The position numbers were made by a program, and so were the translations under genes. Shown here piece by piece: positions 42,560-51,758 of a DNA stretch of 64,000 bases. Numbering within the stretch: the first letter of the stretch is position 1; each line of letters opens with the position of its first letter. The notes under the pieces are model-generated. The model did no database searches and had not been told where the DNA came from. It saw only the letters and a list, made by a program, of their open reading frames with translations. Origin of the DNA: an uncultured Pelagibacteraceae bacterium (GTDB lineage Bacteria; Pseudomonadota; Alphaproteobacteria; Pelagibacterales; Pelagibacteraceae); contig CACNWC010000003.1 in assembly GCA_902624075.1 (NCBI GenBank), positions 31,819-95,818 on the forward strand, in the 5' to 3' direction.

Positions 42560-44859
42560 GAAATGAAGAGTTACTGAATGGGCAAAGTATTCCACATGAT
42601 AGCGCAAATAAGCACGTAACTGGGTTAGCTCAATATACAGATGATATTAGTGAGCCCTCAAATACCTTACATGGAGCTATTGGCTGGAGTAAAAAAGCTC
42701 ATGCAATAATTAAAAAAATTGATTTGAAAGATGTTAAAGAAAGCGAAGGTGTAATATCTGTCGTTTCTTATAAAGATATTCCTGGTCGAAATGATGTAGG
42801 CCCAGTATTTGATGGAGATCCAATATTCCCAAAAACAAAAGTCGAATATTTTGGCCAACCTTTATTTGCTGTTGCAGCTATCTCAACTGAATTAGCAAGA
42901 AAAGCTGTTTTAAAGGCTAAAATCACCTATCACGAACTTAAACCAATTGTTACCATTGGAGATGCATTAAAAAAAAATAATCTTCTATTTGAACCTAGAA
43001 TTATCAAAAAAGGAGATCCTCAAAATAAAATAATAAAATCAAAAAATAAATTAAAAGGTAAATTTAACACTGGAAGCCAAGAACATTTTTATTTGGAAGG
43101 TCAGGTTTGTTTAGTTATTCCTCAAGAGGATAATAATCTTACAGTTTACAGTTCTACACAACATCCATCTGAAACGCAGCAAATTATAGCCAAGATGTTA
43201 AAACAAAAAAGTAATTCAATTACTGTTATGGTCAGAAGAATTGGAGGTGGTTTTGGAGGTAAAGAGACAAATTTTATGACAGCTGCAATTTGTGCATTGT
43301 TGTCTCACAAGACAGGTCGTCCAATAAAATTAAGATTAGATAGAGATGATGATATTATTATAACTGGCAAAAGACACGATTTCTATTCTGAATATGAAGT
43401 TGGATTTAATGACGATGGAAAAATAGAGGGCTTAACGTTGAAACTGGCTTCTAGATGTGGAATGTCGCCTGATTTATCATATGCCATTAACGAAAGAGCA
43501 CTGTTACATTTGGATAATGCTTATTACCTTTCAGATTTAGAGGTCAAAAATTATCTTTGTAAAACTAATACCTCTTCATCAACAGCATTTAGAGGTTTTG
43601 GTGGTAATCAAGGTATGATGGCTATAGAAAATGTTGTTGATAATATTGCAAGGTTTTTAAAAAAAGATCCGTGTGAAGTTAGAAAAAATAATTTTTATGG
43701 TCGTAACGAAAGAAACACTACTCACTATGGGATGAAAATTAATGATAATGTGATACATGATATTTTTAAAGATCTGTTAGATAAATCAAATTATAAAAAA
43801 AGATATCAGGAAGTTAGAAATTTTAATTTAAAGAATAAATTTAAAAAAAAGGGAATAGCATTAACACCTGTGAAATTTGGTATTTCTTTTACTACAATTC
43901 ATTTAAATCAAGCTGGGGCATTGGTGCATGTATATACTGATGGAAGTGTTTATTTGAATCATGGAGGAATTGAAATGGGCCAAGGTACTCATACTAAAAT
44001 TGCTCAGCTTGTAGCCAATACGTTTGGTTTACCTTTTGAAAAAGTAAAAATTTCTTCAACAAACACTTCTAAAGTTCCCAATACATCTGCGAGTGCCGCA
44101 TCTTCTACTACTGATTTAAATGGCGCTGCCACCTTAAATGCAGCAGGAAAAATTAAAAAAAATTTGAATGATTTTATTAGAGATAAGTACAAAATTTATT
44201 CAAATACTGAACCTATCTATAAAAATCAATATATATACTTTGGAAATAGATCATTTAAATTTAAAAAAATAATAGAAGAAGCTTATTTAAATAGAGTTTC
44301 ATTATCTTCATCGGGGTTTTATTCAACTCCAAAAATAAATTTTGATAAAAAAAAATTTCATGGAAGGCCATTTTATTATTTTTGTTATGGTGCAGCAGTT
44401 ACAGAAGTTACAATCGATACTCTCACTGGAGAGAATATAATTGATAGAGTTGACGTAGTTCACGATGCTGGAAACGCAATTAATCCTGCACTCGAGCTTG
44501 GTCAAATAGAGGGCGGCTTTGTTCAAGGACAAGGATGGCTAACAATGGAAGAGGTAGTTTGGGACAAAGATGGAAAATTAAAAACTTTTTCACCTTCGAC
44601 TTATAAAATTCCAGCAATCAGTGATACTCCAAAAAAATTCAATGTAGAGATTTTTAAAAAAGGATCTAATGTTGAAAATGTGGTGAATAAACAAAAAACC
44701 ACCGGAGAACCGCCTTTGATGCTTGCAATGAGTGTTTTTTTTGCAATTAAAGACGCAATCGCTTCATTATCTAACTACAAAAAGGTACCAGAACTAGATG
44801 CACCAGCAACTCCAGAAAAAATACTAATAAGTATAAATAAACTTAAGAGAAAAATTTAA
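42556..44859 (+). CDS. xdhB: Xanthine dehydrogenase molybdopterin subunit
   Basis: HDSA-HVTG, QEHFYLEGQ, GGGFGGKE, AFRGFGG, GQIEGGFVQG, GEPPLML catalytic Glu. Confidence 0.96.
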   Translation: MRNEELLNGQSIPHDSANKHVTGLAQYTDDISEPSNTLHGAIGWSKKAHAIIKKIDLKDVKESEGVISVVSYKDIPGRNDVGPVFDGDPIFPKTKVEYFGQPLFAVAAISTELARKAVLKAKITYHELKPIVTIGDALKKNNLLFEPRIIKKGDPQNKIIKSKNKLKGKFNTGSQEHFYLEGQVCLVIPQEDNNLTVYSSTQHPSETQQIIAKMLKQKSNSITVMVRRIGGGFGGKETNFMTAAICALLSHKTGRPIKLRLDRDDDIIITGKRHDFYSEYEVGFNDDGKIEGLTLKLASRCGMSPDLSYAINERALLHLDNAYYLSDLEVKNYLCKTNTSSSTAFRGFGGNQGMMAIENVVDNIARFLKKDPCEVRKNNFYGRNERNTTHYGMKINDNVIHDIFKDLLDKSNYKKRYQEVRNFNLKNKFKKKGIALTPVKFGISFTTIHLNQAGALVHVYTDGSVYLNHGGIEMGQGTHTKIAQLVANTFGLPFEKVKISSTNTSKVPNTSASAASSTTDLNGAATLNAAGKIKKNLNDFIRDKYKIYSNTEPIYKNQYIYFGNRSFKFKKIIEEAYLNRVSLSSSGFYSTPKINFDKKKFHGRPFYYFCYGAAVTEVTIDTLTGENIIDRVDVVHDAGNAINPALELGQIEGGFVQGQGWLTMEEVVWDKDGKLKTFSPSTYKIPAISDTPKKFNVEIFKKGSNVENVVNKQKTTGEPPLMLAMSVFFAIKDAIASLSNYKKVPELDAPATPEKILISINKLKRKI

Positions 44860-44863
44860 GACT

Positions 44864-45334
44864 GTGACAGAAAAATCAAAATTTATGTTAAGAGCAATTG
44901 AATTATCAATTCAAAGTGCAAAAGCGAAAGGAGGTCCTTTTGGCTGTGTAATTGTAAAAGATAATAATATTATTGCAGAAGGATTTAATCAAGTAACCTC
45001 AAATAATGATCCAACCGCACATGCAGAAATTGTTGCAATTAGAAATGCATGTAAAAATCAGAAAGATTTCTTTTTAAAAGGATGTGATTTATACTCTACT
45101 TGTGAGCCATGCCCCATGTGTTTATCAGCAATATATTGGGCTCATATAGACAATATCTTTTTTGCTAACACAAGATCAGATGCAAAGGATATAGACTTTG
45201 ATGACTCGTTTATTTATTCTGAAATAAATAAAGAGATTAAACATAGAAAAATTAAGATGCATCAAATGCATCGAAATGAGGCATTAGAGGCATTTAAGAT
45301 TTGGGATAACAAAAAAGATAAAATAAAATATTAA
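44864..45334 (+). CDS. guaD: Guanine deaminase, cytidine-deaminase fold (GuaD type)
   Basis: GGPFG, NDPTAHAE, CEPCPMCLSAIYWA, FDDSFIY, terminal Tyr; GTG start. Confidence 0.88.
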   Translation: MTEKSKFMLRAIELSIQSAKAKGGPFGCVIVKDNNIIAEGFNQVTSNNDPTAHAEIVAIRNACKNQKDFFLKGCDLYSTCEPCPMCLSAIYWAHIDNIFFANTRSDAKDIDFDDSFIYSEINKEIKHRKIKMHQMHRNEALEAFKIWDNKKDKIKY

Positions 45335-46246
45335 ATGGAAATTTTAACTTATACACTTAAATGGTCTGAGGTTATTTTAAGATGGGGTCATGTCTTATTT
45401 GCAATTTTATGGGTTGGGAATAGTTTTTTATTTAATTATTTGGATAACAATCTTAATAAAAAAATTACTAGTGAAGATATAGATGGTGAGGGGTATCTAA
45501 TGCATTCAGGTTTTTTTTATAAACTGACTAGACTTAAAAAGTCCCCTGATAGTATTTATCTTAATCAGCTTGTTATATTTAAATGGCAAAGTTATTTAAC
45601 ATTTGTAACAGGAATTTTACTTTTATTTGTAATCTATTATCATAATGCGGGAATACTAATGGTTGATAAAAGAGTTCTTGTAATGTCCCCAACGACTGCA
45701 ATTTTATATTCAGCATTATCTATGATTTTCTCTTGGTTAATATATGATTTTCTATGTAAATCTAAGTTAATCAATAATGATTTTTATTTTGTATCAATAA
45801 TGTTAATTTTACTAACTATCTTATCATTTGGTTTAACTAAAATTTTTGGTCCAAAGTTTGCATTCCTAAGCGTCGGTTTAATAATTGGATCAAATATGTT
45901 TGCGAACGTTTTTACAGTAATAATACCAAATCAAATGAATATTATTAATAGTAGTAAAAAATCACAAAAATTTGATATGACCTTATCATTAGCAGCAAAA
46001 CAAAGATCTATTCATAATAATTACTCGACTTTTTTAGTCCTGTTTATTATGCTTTCAGGACACTTTAGTTTTCTTGTTTATAATAAATATAACTGGGCAA
46101 TTCTTGTGTTAATTGGAATAATATCTGGTTTAGCGAGACATTATTTTAATTTGAGAGGTAGAAATATCCACAAGATAAGTTATTTATATATTTCAATAAT
46201 TGCTTTAATAATACTTGCTGTTATTATTTTTTTACTCAAAAAATAA
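45335..46246 (+). CDS. puuD: PuuD-type urate hydroxylase membrane domain, without cytochrome c
   Basis: RWGHV, W-GNSF, HSGFFY, FKWQSY, NVF-IIPNQ, KQRSIHNNY, MLSGHF, RHYFN; no CxxCH. Confidence 0.82.
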   Translation: MEILTYTLKWSEVILRWGHVLFAILWVGNSFLFNYLDNNLNKKITSEDIDGEGYLMHSGFFYKLTRLKKSPDSIYLNQLVIFKWQSYLTFVTGILLLFVIYYHNAGILMVDKRVLVMSPTTAILYSALSMIFSWLIYDFLCKSKLINNDFYFVSIMLILLTILSFGLTKIFGPKFAFLSVGLIIGSNMFANVFTVIIPNQMNIINSSKKSQKFDMTLSLAAKQRSIHNNYSTFLVLFIMLSGHFSFLVYNKYNWAILVLIGIISGLARHYFNLRGRNIHKISYLYISIIALIILAVIIFLLKK

Positions 46247-46254
46247 TCTAGAAA

Positions 46255-46779
46255 ATGACAGAAAAATTGATAATTAATTGGGAAGATTATAATAGAACAG
46301 TAGAGAAATTGGCTATTATGATTGATGAAAGTGGTTATAAGCCAGATATACTAATTGGTATAATGAGAGGTGCAGCTCCTATGATAGATGTTTTAAGCAG
46401 AATATTTAAACTAAAATGTGCATATTTAGCTGTTGAGTCTTATAGCGGTAAAGGAGTTGAGGACGAGCAAGGCGACATAGTTTTTTCAAGAGAAATGAGT
46501 TCTATAGCCCCAAATATGGGAGGGAGAATTTTACTTTGTGATGATCTTTCAGATACAGGAATAACCTTCAATAAAAGTATTGATTGGTTAAAACAATATG
46601 GACCAATTAAAGGTAAAATAGATAAAATTAAAACTGCAACATTATGGAAAAAACAGAAATCCACATTTGAACCAGATTTTTGTGCAACAAGGTTAAATGA
46701 TAATCCTTGGATTGTTCAACCTTTTGAAATTTATGAAGAAATAAGGATTGAAGAAATAAAGAAAAAACACCAAAAATAA
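46255..46779 (+). CDS. Purine phosphoribosyltransferase (type I PRTase)
   Basis: GIMRG, ILLCDDLSDTGITF PRPP loop, WIVQPFE. Confidence 0.85.
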   Translation: MTEKLIINWEDYNRTVEKLAIMIDESGYKPDILIGIMRGAAPMIDVLSRIFKLKCAYLAVESYSGKGVEDEQGDIVFSREMSSIAPNMGGRILLCDDLSDTGITFNKSIDWLKQYGPIKGKIDKIKTATLWKKQKSTFEPDFCATRLNDNPWIVQPFEIYEEIRIEEIKKKHQK

Positions 46780-46807
46780 AAAAGGCGATCTAAAACTTAG
46801 ACCGCCT
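46772..46807 (-). terminator. Intrinsic terminator of the NCS2 permease
   Basis: Minus strand AGGCGGUCUAA-GUU-UUAGAUCGCCU then UUUUAUUUUU; the G-U wobble works only on the minus strand. Confidence 0.8.
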
Positions 46808-46825
46808 CCTTTAATAAATTATCTT

Positions 46826-48112
46826 TTAAGCTACTGCAAAACTTACAACACTAAGTGCAGCAATTACCCAAATAGCTGGGCTTACATCAAATTTACCAGT
46901 AAGGATTTTGATAGCAGCATAAGCTATAAAGGCTAAAGCTATTCCATGAGAAATAGAATATGTAAATGGCATAGCTAACATTGCAAGGACAGCAGGTCCT
47001 GACTCGGCAATATCATCCCATTCAATATCAGTAATATTTCTAACAAATAGAGTTGCAATGTAAATCAAAGCAGCACCATCTATTTCTTTAGGTAAGCTTG
47101 TAGCTAATGGACTGAAAAATAAACATAGTAAGAAAAGAATTCCAATTACTAATGAAGTCATTCCAGTTTTACCACCAGCTTTTACCCCAGCTGCTGATTC
47201 TACATATGTTGTTACAGTAGATGTACCCATCATAGCACCCGCAACTGTAGAAACACTGTCAGAAAGCATTGCTTTATCAATGTCCTCAATTTTACCATCT
47301 TTACCAATTTTTCCTGCTACGTTAGCAACACTAGTAAGTGTTCCAGCTGTATCAAAAAAGTCTATAAAGAATAGAGTAAAAACAACAGTTACCATTGATG
47401 CAGATAATGCAGCGCCAAGATCAAACTCAAATAAATAAGTCATTGGTGGTGGTGAAGACACAACACCATTAAATTTACCGACTCCAGTTAACCAAGCTAT
47501 TGCACTAAATACAAGTATACCTATGATTATGTTTCCTTTAATTCCTTTTTTCTCCATAACTATCATAGAGATAAAAGCTCCAGCACCGAGTAAAAGAAGT
47601 GGATTTGATAAATCCCCTAATTGAACTAAAGTTACAGGATTATCCGCTGTTAATCCCATAATTTCAAATCCAATAATAGCAAGAAACATTCCTATTCCTG
47701 CTCCAATACCAAGCTTTAAGCTTTTTGGAATTGAGTTAATTAACCAAGCTCTGATTGGTGTAAGTGAAATTATTAAGAACACTACACCGGCTACTAATAC
47801 AGCTCCTAAAGCTTCTGCAGGAGTATATTCCATTCCAAGACAAACACCGTATGCAATAAATGCATTTATTCCCATACCAGGTGCAAGTCCAACAGGCCAG
47901 GTCTTCGCATAAAAAGCAGCAATGAAACATGCAAGTGCCGTCGCACATGCAGTAGCAGTAAATACACCACCAAAGTCAAAGCCACCATCGGCTAATATGA
48001 CTGGATTTAAAAACATTATGTAAGCCATAGTCAGGAAAGTTGAAACTCCTGCTACAACTTCTGTTTTAAAATCAGTCTTATGTTTTTTATAGTTAAAGTA
48101 GTTATCTAACAT
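46826..48112 (-). CDS. NCS2/AzgA family purine permease
   Basis: EVVAGVSTFLTMAYI, LAPGMGINAF, DFFDTAGTL, TTYVESAAGV, GGKTG; GGAGG SD. Confidence 0.93.
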   Translation of the reverse strand: MLDNYFNYKKHKTDFKTEVVAGVSTFLTMAYIMFLNPVILADGGFDFGGVFTATACATALACFIAAFYAKTWPVGLAPGMGINAFIAYGVCLGMEYTPAEALGAVLVAGVVFLIISLTPIRAWLINSIPKSLKLGIGAGIGMFLAIIGFEIMGLTADNPVTLVQLGDLSNPLLLLGAGAFISMIVMEKKGIKGNIIIGILVFSAIAWLTGVGKFNGVVSSPPPMTYLFEFDLGAALSASMVTVVFTLFFIDFFDTAGTLTSVANVAGKIGKDGKIEDIDKAMLSDSVSTVAGAMMGTSTVTTYVESAAGVKAGGKTGMTSLVIGILFLLCLFFSPLATSLPKEIDGAALIYIATLFVRNITDIEWDDIAESGPAVLAMLAMPFTYSISHGIALAFIAYAAIKILTGKFDVSPAIWVIAALSVVSFAVA

Positions 48113-48255
48113 TAGACCTCCATTTTTCAGTACAGTATTTGATTCGAATTGAAAAATCTTTTTGCAGTAAGCTAAATTTGTTGAATTTGTTGTTAATTCA
48201 ATAATATTTACAACCTGAGGTTAATTATTACTATCAATTTTTATGATATCATTCA

Positions 48256-48561
48256 TTGATGAATTTAAAAAGATTAATAATTATTTTTTTTATTTCTCTT
48301 TTATTTTTTGGTTGTCAAACAATAAAAGAAAAATCAGATGCTGTTGCAGAAAAAGAAAATCAGAAATATGGAAAATTAGTTGGTAAAAATTTGAATGAAT
48401 TAAAAATAGAACTAGGAAACCCAACAGAAGATTTTTTGAATGAAGTTGGAAATAAAGTTTTAGTTTATAAATCTAAAAAATTTGGGGTTCCTTGTGATAG
48501 AAAATTTGAAATAGATAAAAATGATATAATCATTAGTTTCACTTCGAGTGGATGTATTTAA
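48256..48561 (+). CDS. Small lipoprotein, unknown function
   Basis: Lipobox LFFGC; ELGNP; Cys pair. Confidence 0.7.
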   Translation: MMNLKRLIIIFFISLLFFGCQTIKEKSDAVAEKENQKYGKLVGKNLNELKIELGNPTEDFLNEVGNKVLVYKSKKFGVPCDRKFEIDKNDIIISFTSSGCI

Positions 48562-48578
48562 AATATTCTAGATTAATA

Positions 48579-48601
48579 CTTGTGGGGAAAGACCCCACAA
48601 G
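48579..48601. terminator. Hairpin between the convergent lipoprotein gene and ibpA
   Basis: CTTGTGGGG-AAAGA-CCCCACAAG, perfect 9-bp GC-rich stem. Confidence 0.75.
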
Positions 48602-48614
48602 CAAGGTTTAAAAC

Positions 48615-49061
48615 TTATTTAATTTCAATAAGCCTTTTTTTCTTATGATCTGGTAAAATTCTCTCACAAGCTACCGTCAAAAGGCCATCTTTTAACTGAG
48701 CTCCATTTACTTTCACATCATCTGCGATCGTAAACGATCTAGCAAATTGTCTTTGCGAGATACCTCTATGAATAACTTCACCATCTTCATTTTTGTTTTC
48801 AGGATTATTAACCTGTTTAGTTCTTACAGTTAATAAATTATCCTCAAACTCAACTTCAACATCATCTTTACTAAAACCAGCAAGAGCAACCTCGATTGCA
48901 TAATTGTCTTTGCCAGTTTTTCTTATGTTGTATGGCGGATAATTTGACTGCATAGTCAAACCCCCGTTACCCAACATATTTTCAAATTGATCAAACATGT
49001 CGTCAAAACCAATAGAAAAGGGTCTTAATGAGTTGAATATAGATAGATCCTTACTTGTCAT
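48615..49061 (-). CDS. ibpA: Small heat shock protein (Hsp20)
   Basis: SIGFD, NYPPYNI, ALAGF, HRGISQRQFARSF, LKDGLL, C-terminal IEI. Confidence 0.96.
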   Translation of the reverse strand: MTSKDLSIFNSLRPFSIGFDDMFDQFENMLGNGGLTMQSNYPPYNIRKTGKDNYAIEVALAGFSKDDVEVEFEDNLLTVRTKQVNNPENKNEDGEVIHRGISQRQFARSFTIADDVKVNGAQLKDGLLTVACERILPDHKKKRLIEIK

Positions 49062-49122
49062 ATATTTCCTCCTTTTTATTTAAAGCAAGTTAATTTTGTA
49101 AGTCCCATTAGGCGACTTACAT
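49062..49122 (-). promoter_or_regulatory. ROSE-like RNA thermometer in the ibpA 5' UTR
   Basis: 5' hairpin UGUAAGUC(G)CC-UAAU-GGGACUUACA, then CUUGCUUU able to pair with AAAGGAG (SD) leaving the bulged G of the U(U/C)GCU motif. Confidence 0.72.
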
Positions 49123-49126
49123 TATT

Positions 49127-49155
49127 TATATGTGTATTGTTTTTAATTATTCAAG
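49127..49155 (-). promoter_or_regulatory. RpoH (sigma32)-type promoter of ibpA
   Basis: Minus strand CTTGAA-N15-CACATATA. Confidence 0.65.
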
Positions 49156-49164
49156 ACTGAAAAA

Positions 49165-51240
49165 TTAATTTTTTTTTGTAATTTTTAACACGAACGCATA
49201 ATCTAGTGCAATTTCCTCAATTGCTCCGTCACGACCAGACTTTCCACCATGTCCAGCATTCATTTCTGTTTTTAAGAGAAGTAAATTGTTATCTGTTTTA
49301 AATTCTCTAAGTTTAGCTGTAAATTTTAATGGCTCGTCAAATAAAACTCTATTATCACTTAAACTAGTCGTAATTAATATATGAGGATAATCCATTTTTT
49401 TTATATTGTTATATGGAGCGTAGGAAAATATGTAATCAAAATGTTCTTTATTATCTTTTGCATTTCCAAATTCATCAAATTCCCCAACCGTTAAAGGTAA
49501 AGAATGATCAAGGTTAGTTGTTAAAGAATCTACGAATGGTACTGCCATAATAATTCCTAAAAATAATTCAGGTGCTTGATTTACAACAGCACCCATTAAT
49601 AAACCTCCAGCTGATCCACCCATGCCAATTATTTTACCTTTTGAGGTATAATTTTTTTCAATTAAATATTTTGCAACAAAAATGTAATCTTCAAACGTAT
49701 TTTTTTTATTTAGAAGTTTTCCTTCTTTCCACCACCTCATACCCCTTTCCATTCCACCTCTGATATGTGCAGTAACCCAAATAATATCTCTATCAATTAA
49801 ACTAAATTTAGTTGAAGAAAAATCAGGAGTCATTGAACTTCCATAAGATCCATAACCATATAAGAGCAAATTAGCAGATCCATCAATTTTAGTTTTTTTA
49901 TGTCTTGTAATCGTTAATGGGATTAATCTTCCATCATGAGAAGGGCATTCCAATCTTTCAACAATGTAATCATCAGGATTGTGACCAGATGGAATTTCCT
50001 GTTCTTTAACTAATTTTTTTTCTTTTGTTTTTAAATTGTATAAATAGGTTTTACTTGGTGTTTTCGGTGATGAATAGGACAAATAAACTAAGTCAGTATC
50101 TTTATCTCTCTGTATCAATGAAACACCAGGTACAATTACTTTTTCTTCAGTAAATTTTAACTCTTCCTCAAAACCAGTTTTATTATTTTTTATGAATAAC
50201 TTTCCTAAAGCATTTGATTTTTCTCCCCTTATGATCCAATTTTTTAAAAATATTAATCCACCAATAAGAACCTCATCTTTTGGGGGAATATAAATTTCCC
50301 AATTTTGTTTTAATAAATTATTACATCGTTCAATTTTAAAATCTTCTGCATTTTCATTGGTATGACAATAAAAATGATTATCCCAAGAATTAACAGAATA
50401 AATAATACCTCTTTTTCTTTTTTTTATTAATTTTGGTTTTGGATTTTTTTCATTAACCTCAAAGTAATATTGTTCAGATGTGTTATGGTCTGAGGATGTT
50501 ATAAAAAAAAAATTTTCATCTGAACTCAAACTTATTCCAACTGTAAAAGCCTCACTTTTTTCCTCAAAAATTAGATCATCATATTTAGAGGGAGATCCTA
50601 TCTTGTGTCTGAAAATTTTTCTAGGTCTGTGAAATTCATCAAGTTTTGAATAAAAAAAATACTTATCATCCAAACTAAAAGTAATACTTCCGCCAGTATC
50701 CTCAATTTTTTCAGTTATCAATTTTCCTGAGGCTATATCTCTCAAGTATATTGTAAAATATTCAGAACCTTTTAAATCTAATGAGTAACCCAAATATTTA
50801 TCGTTGTAACTCACCTCCAAATCACCCACACCAAAATATTCTGTTTTTAATTTTTCTTTTTCTTTATCACCATTCCATATTTCCTCAATTTCATTAGAAC
50901 CAATTTTTTTTCTCAGTTTAATAGAATAGTTTCCTTTAGTTGTTGTTTTTGTCCAATATTCAAATTGTTTATCTCTAAATTTTAAAGACTCATCATCCAA
51001 TTTTATTCTACCTTTAATTTCATTAAATATTTGTTTTTGATATTCTTTGGTGTCTTTTAAATTATATTCTGTGTAATTATTTTCTTGTTCAAGATATTCT
51101 TTTACTTCTGGGAGTAATTTTGAGTTATCTCTTAAAACTTCAAGAATATTCTCTTGATGTACCCAGCTATAATTATCTTCCCAAGTAATATTGTGACAAG
51201 ATTTTAGTACTGGTTTTTTTTTAAGTTGTGGTATTTTCAT
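49165..51240 (-). CDS. ptrB: Oligopeptidase B (S9A)
   Basis: DNYSW, LYGYGSYG, HIRGG, GGSAGGLL, DNRV, AGHGGKSGR. Confidence 0.94.
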   Translation of the reverse strand: MKIPQLKKKPVLKSCHNITWEDNYSWVHQENILEVLRDNSKLLPEVKEYLEQENNYTEYNLKDTKEYQKQIFNEIKGRIKLDDESLKFRDKQFEYWTKTTTKGNYSIKLRKKIGSNEIEEIWNGDKEKEKLKTEYFGVGDLEVSYNDKYLGYSLDLKGSEYFTIYLRDIASGKLITEKIEDTGGSITFSLDDKYFFYSKLDEFHRPRKIFRHKIGSPSKYDDLIFEEKSEAFTVGISLSSDENFFFITSSDHNTSEQYYFEVNEKNPKPKLIKKRKRGIIYSVNSWDNHFYCHTNENAEDFKIERCNNLLKQNWEIYIPPKDEVLIGGLIFLKNWIIRGEKSNALGKLFIKNNKTGFEEELKFTEEKVIVPGVSLIQRDKDTDLVYLSYSSPKTPSKTYLYNLKTKEKKLVKEQEIPSGHNPDDYIVERLECPSHDGRLIPLTITRHKKTKIDGSANLLLYGYGSYGSSMTPDFSSTKFSLIDRDIIWVTAHIRGGMERGMRWWKEGKLLNKKNTFEDYIFVAKYLIEKNYTSKGKIIGMGGSAGGLLMGAVVNQAPELFLGIIMAVPFVDSLTTNLDHSLPLTVGEFDEFGNAKDNKEHFDYIFSYAPYNNIKKMDYPHILITTSLSDNRVLFDEPLKFTAKLREFKTDNNLLLLKTEMNAGHGGKSGRDGAIEEIALDYAFVLKITKKN

Positions 51241-51254
51241 TAGGGTACAAATAT

Positions 51255-51758
51255 ATGAATATAATTATTTATACAGTAGTAATATTAACTATTTTTTATT
51301 TTTTATTGAGATTTATTAGTAATATTTCCTCAAAAAAAATATCAAAAACACTAAGAGTTTTGTTAATTTTTGGTTTAATTATTTTAGCAGTTTTGTTTGC
51401 TATTGGAGGAAAATTTTTATTAACTTTACCTCTTACTTTAGCAAGTTTTGCTTTATTAAAATTAAAAGGCTTATCCATCTTTCAATTAATATCTCTTTTT
51501 AGATTAATTCAAACATTGAGAAGATCAGGTAGATTTTCTTTTAACCAGACAAATTCAAATAATCAATCATCCATATCTGTTTCAGAAGCTTATAAAATTT
51601 TAAATTTAGATATGAACAAAAAAATTACCAAGGAAGATGTGAATAAGGCGTATATAAAAATTCAAAAAAAAATTCACCCTGATATTTCTCCAGAAACGTC
51701 TAGACTTTCTTCAATCGTAAATGAAGCTAAGGATATTGTTCTTAACGATATTTCTTAA
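51255..51758 (+). CDS. Membrane-anchored J-domain protein (Pam18/Tim14-like)
   Basis: N-terminal TM helices; C-terminal J domain EAYKILNL...IHPD...VNEAKDIVL. ATG at 51255 is the likely start. Confidence 0.8.
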   Translation: MNIIIYTVVILTIFYFLLRFISNISSKKISKTLRVLLIFGLIILAVLFAIGGKFLLTLPLTLASFALLKLKGLSIFQLISLFRLIQTLRRSGRFSFNQTNSNNQSSISVSEAYKILNLDMNKKITKEDVNKAYIKIQKKIHPDISPETSRLSSIVNEAKDIVLNDIS

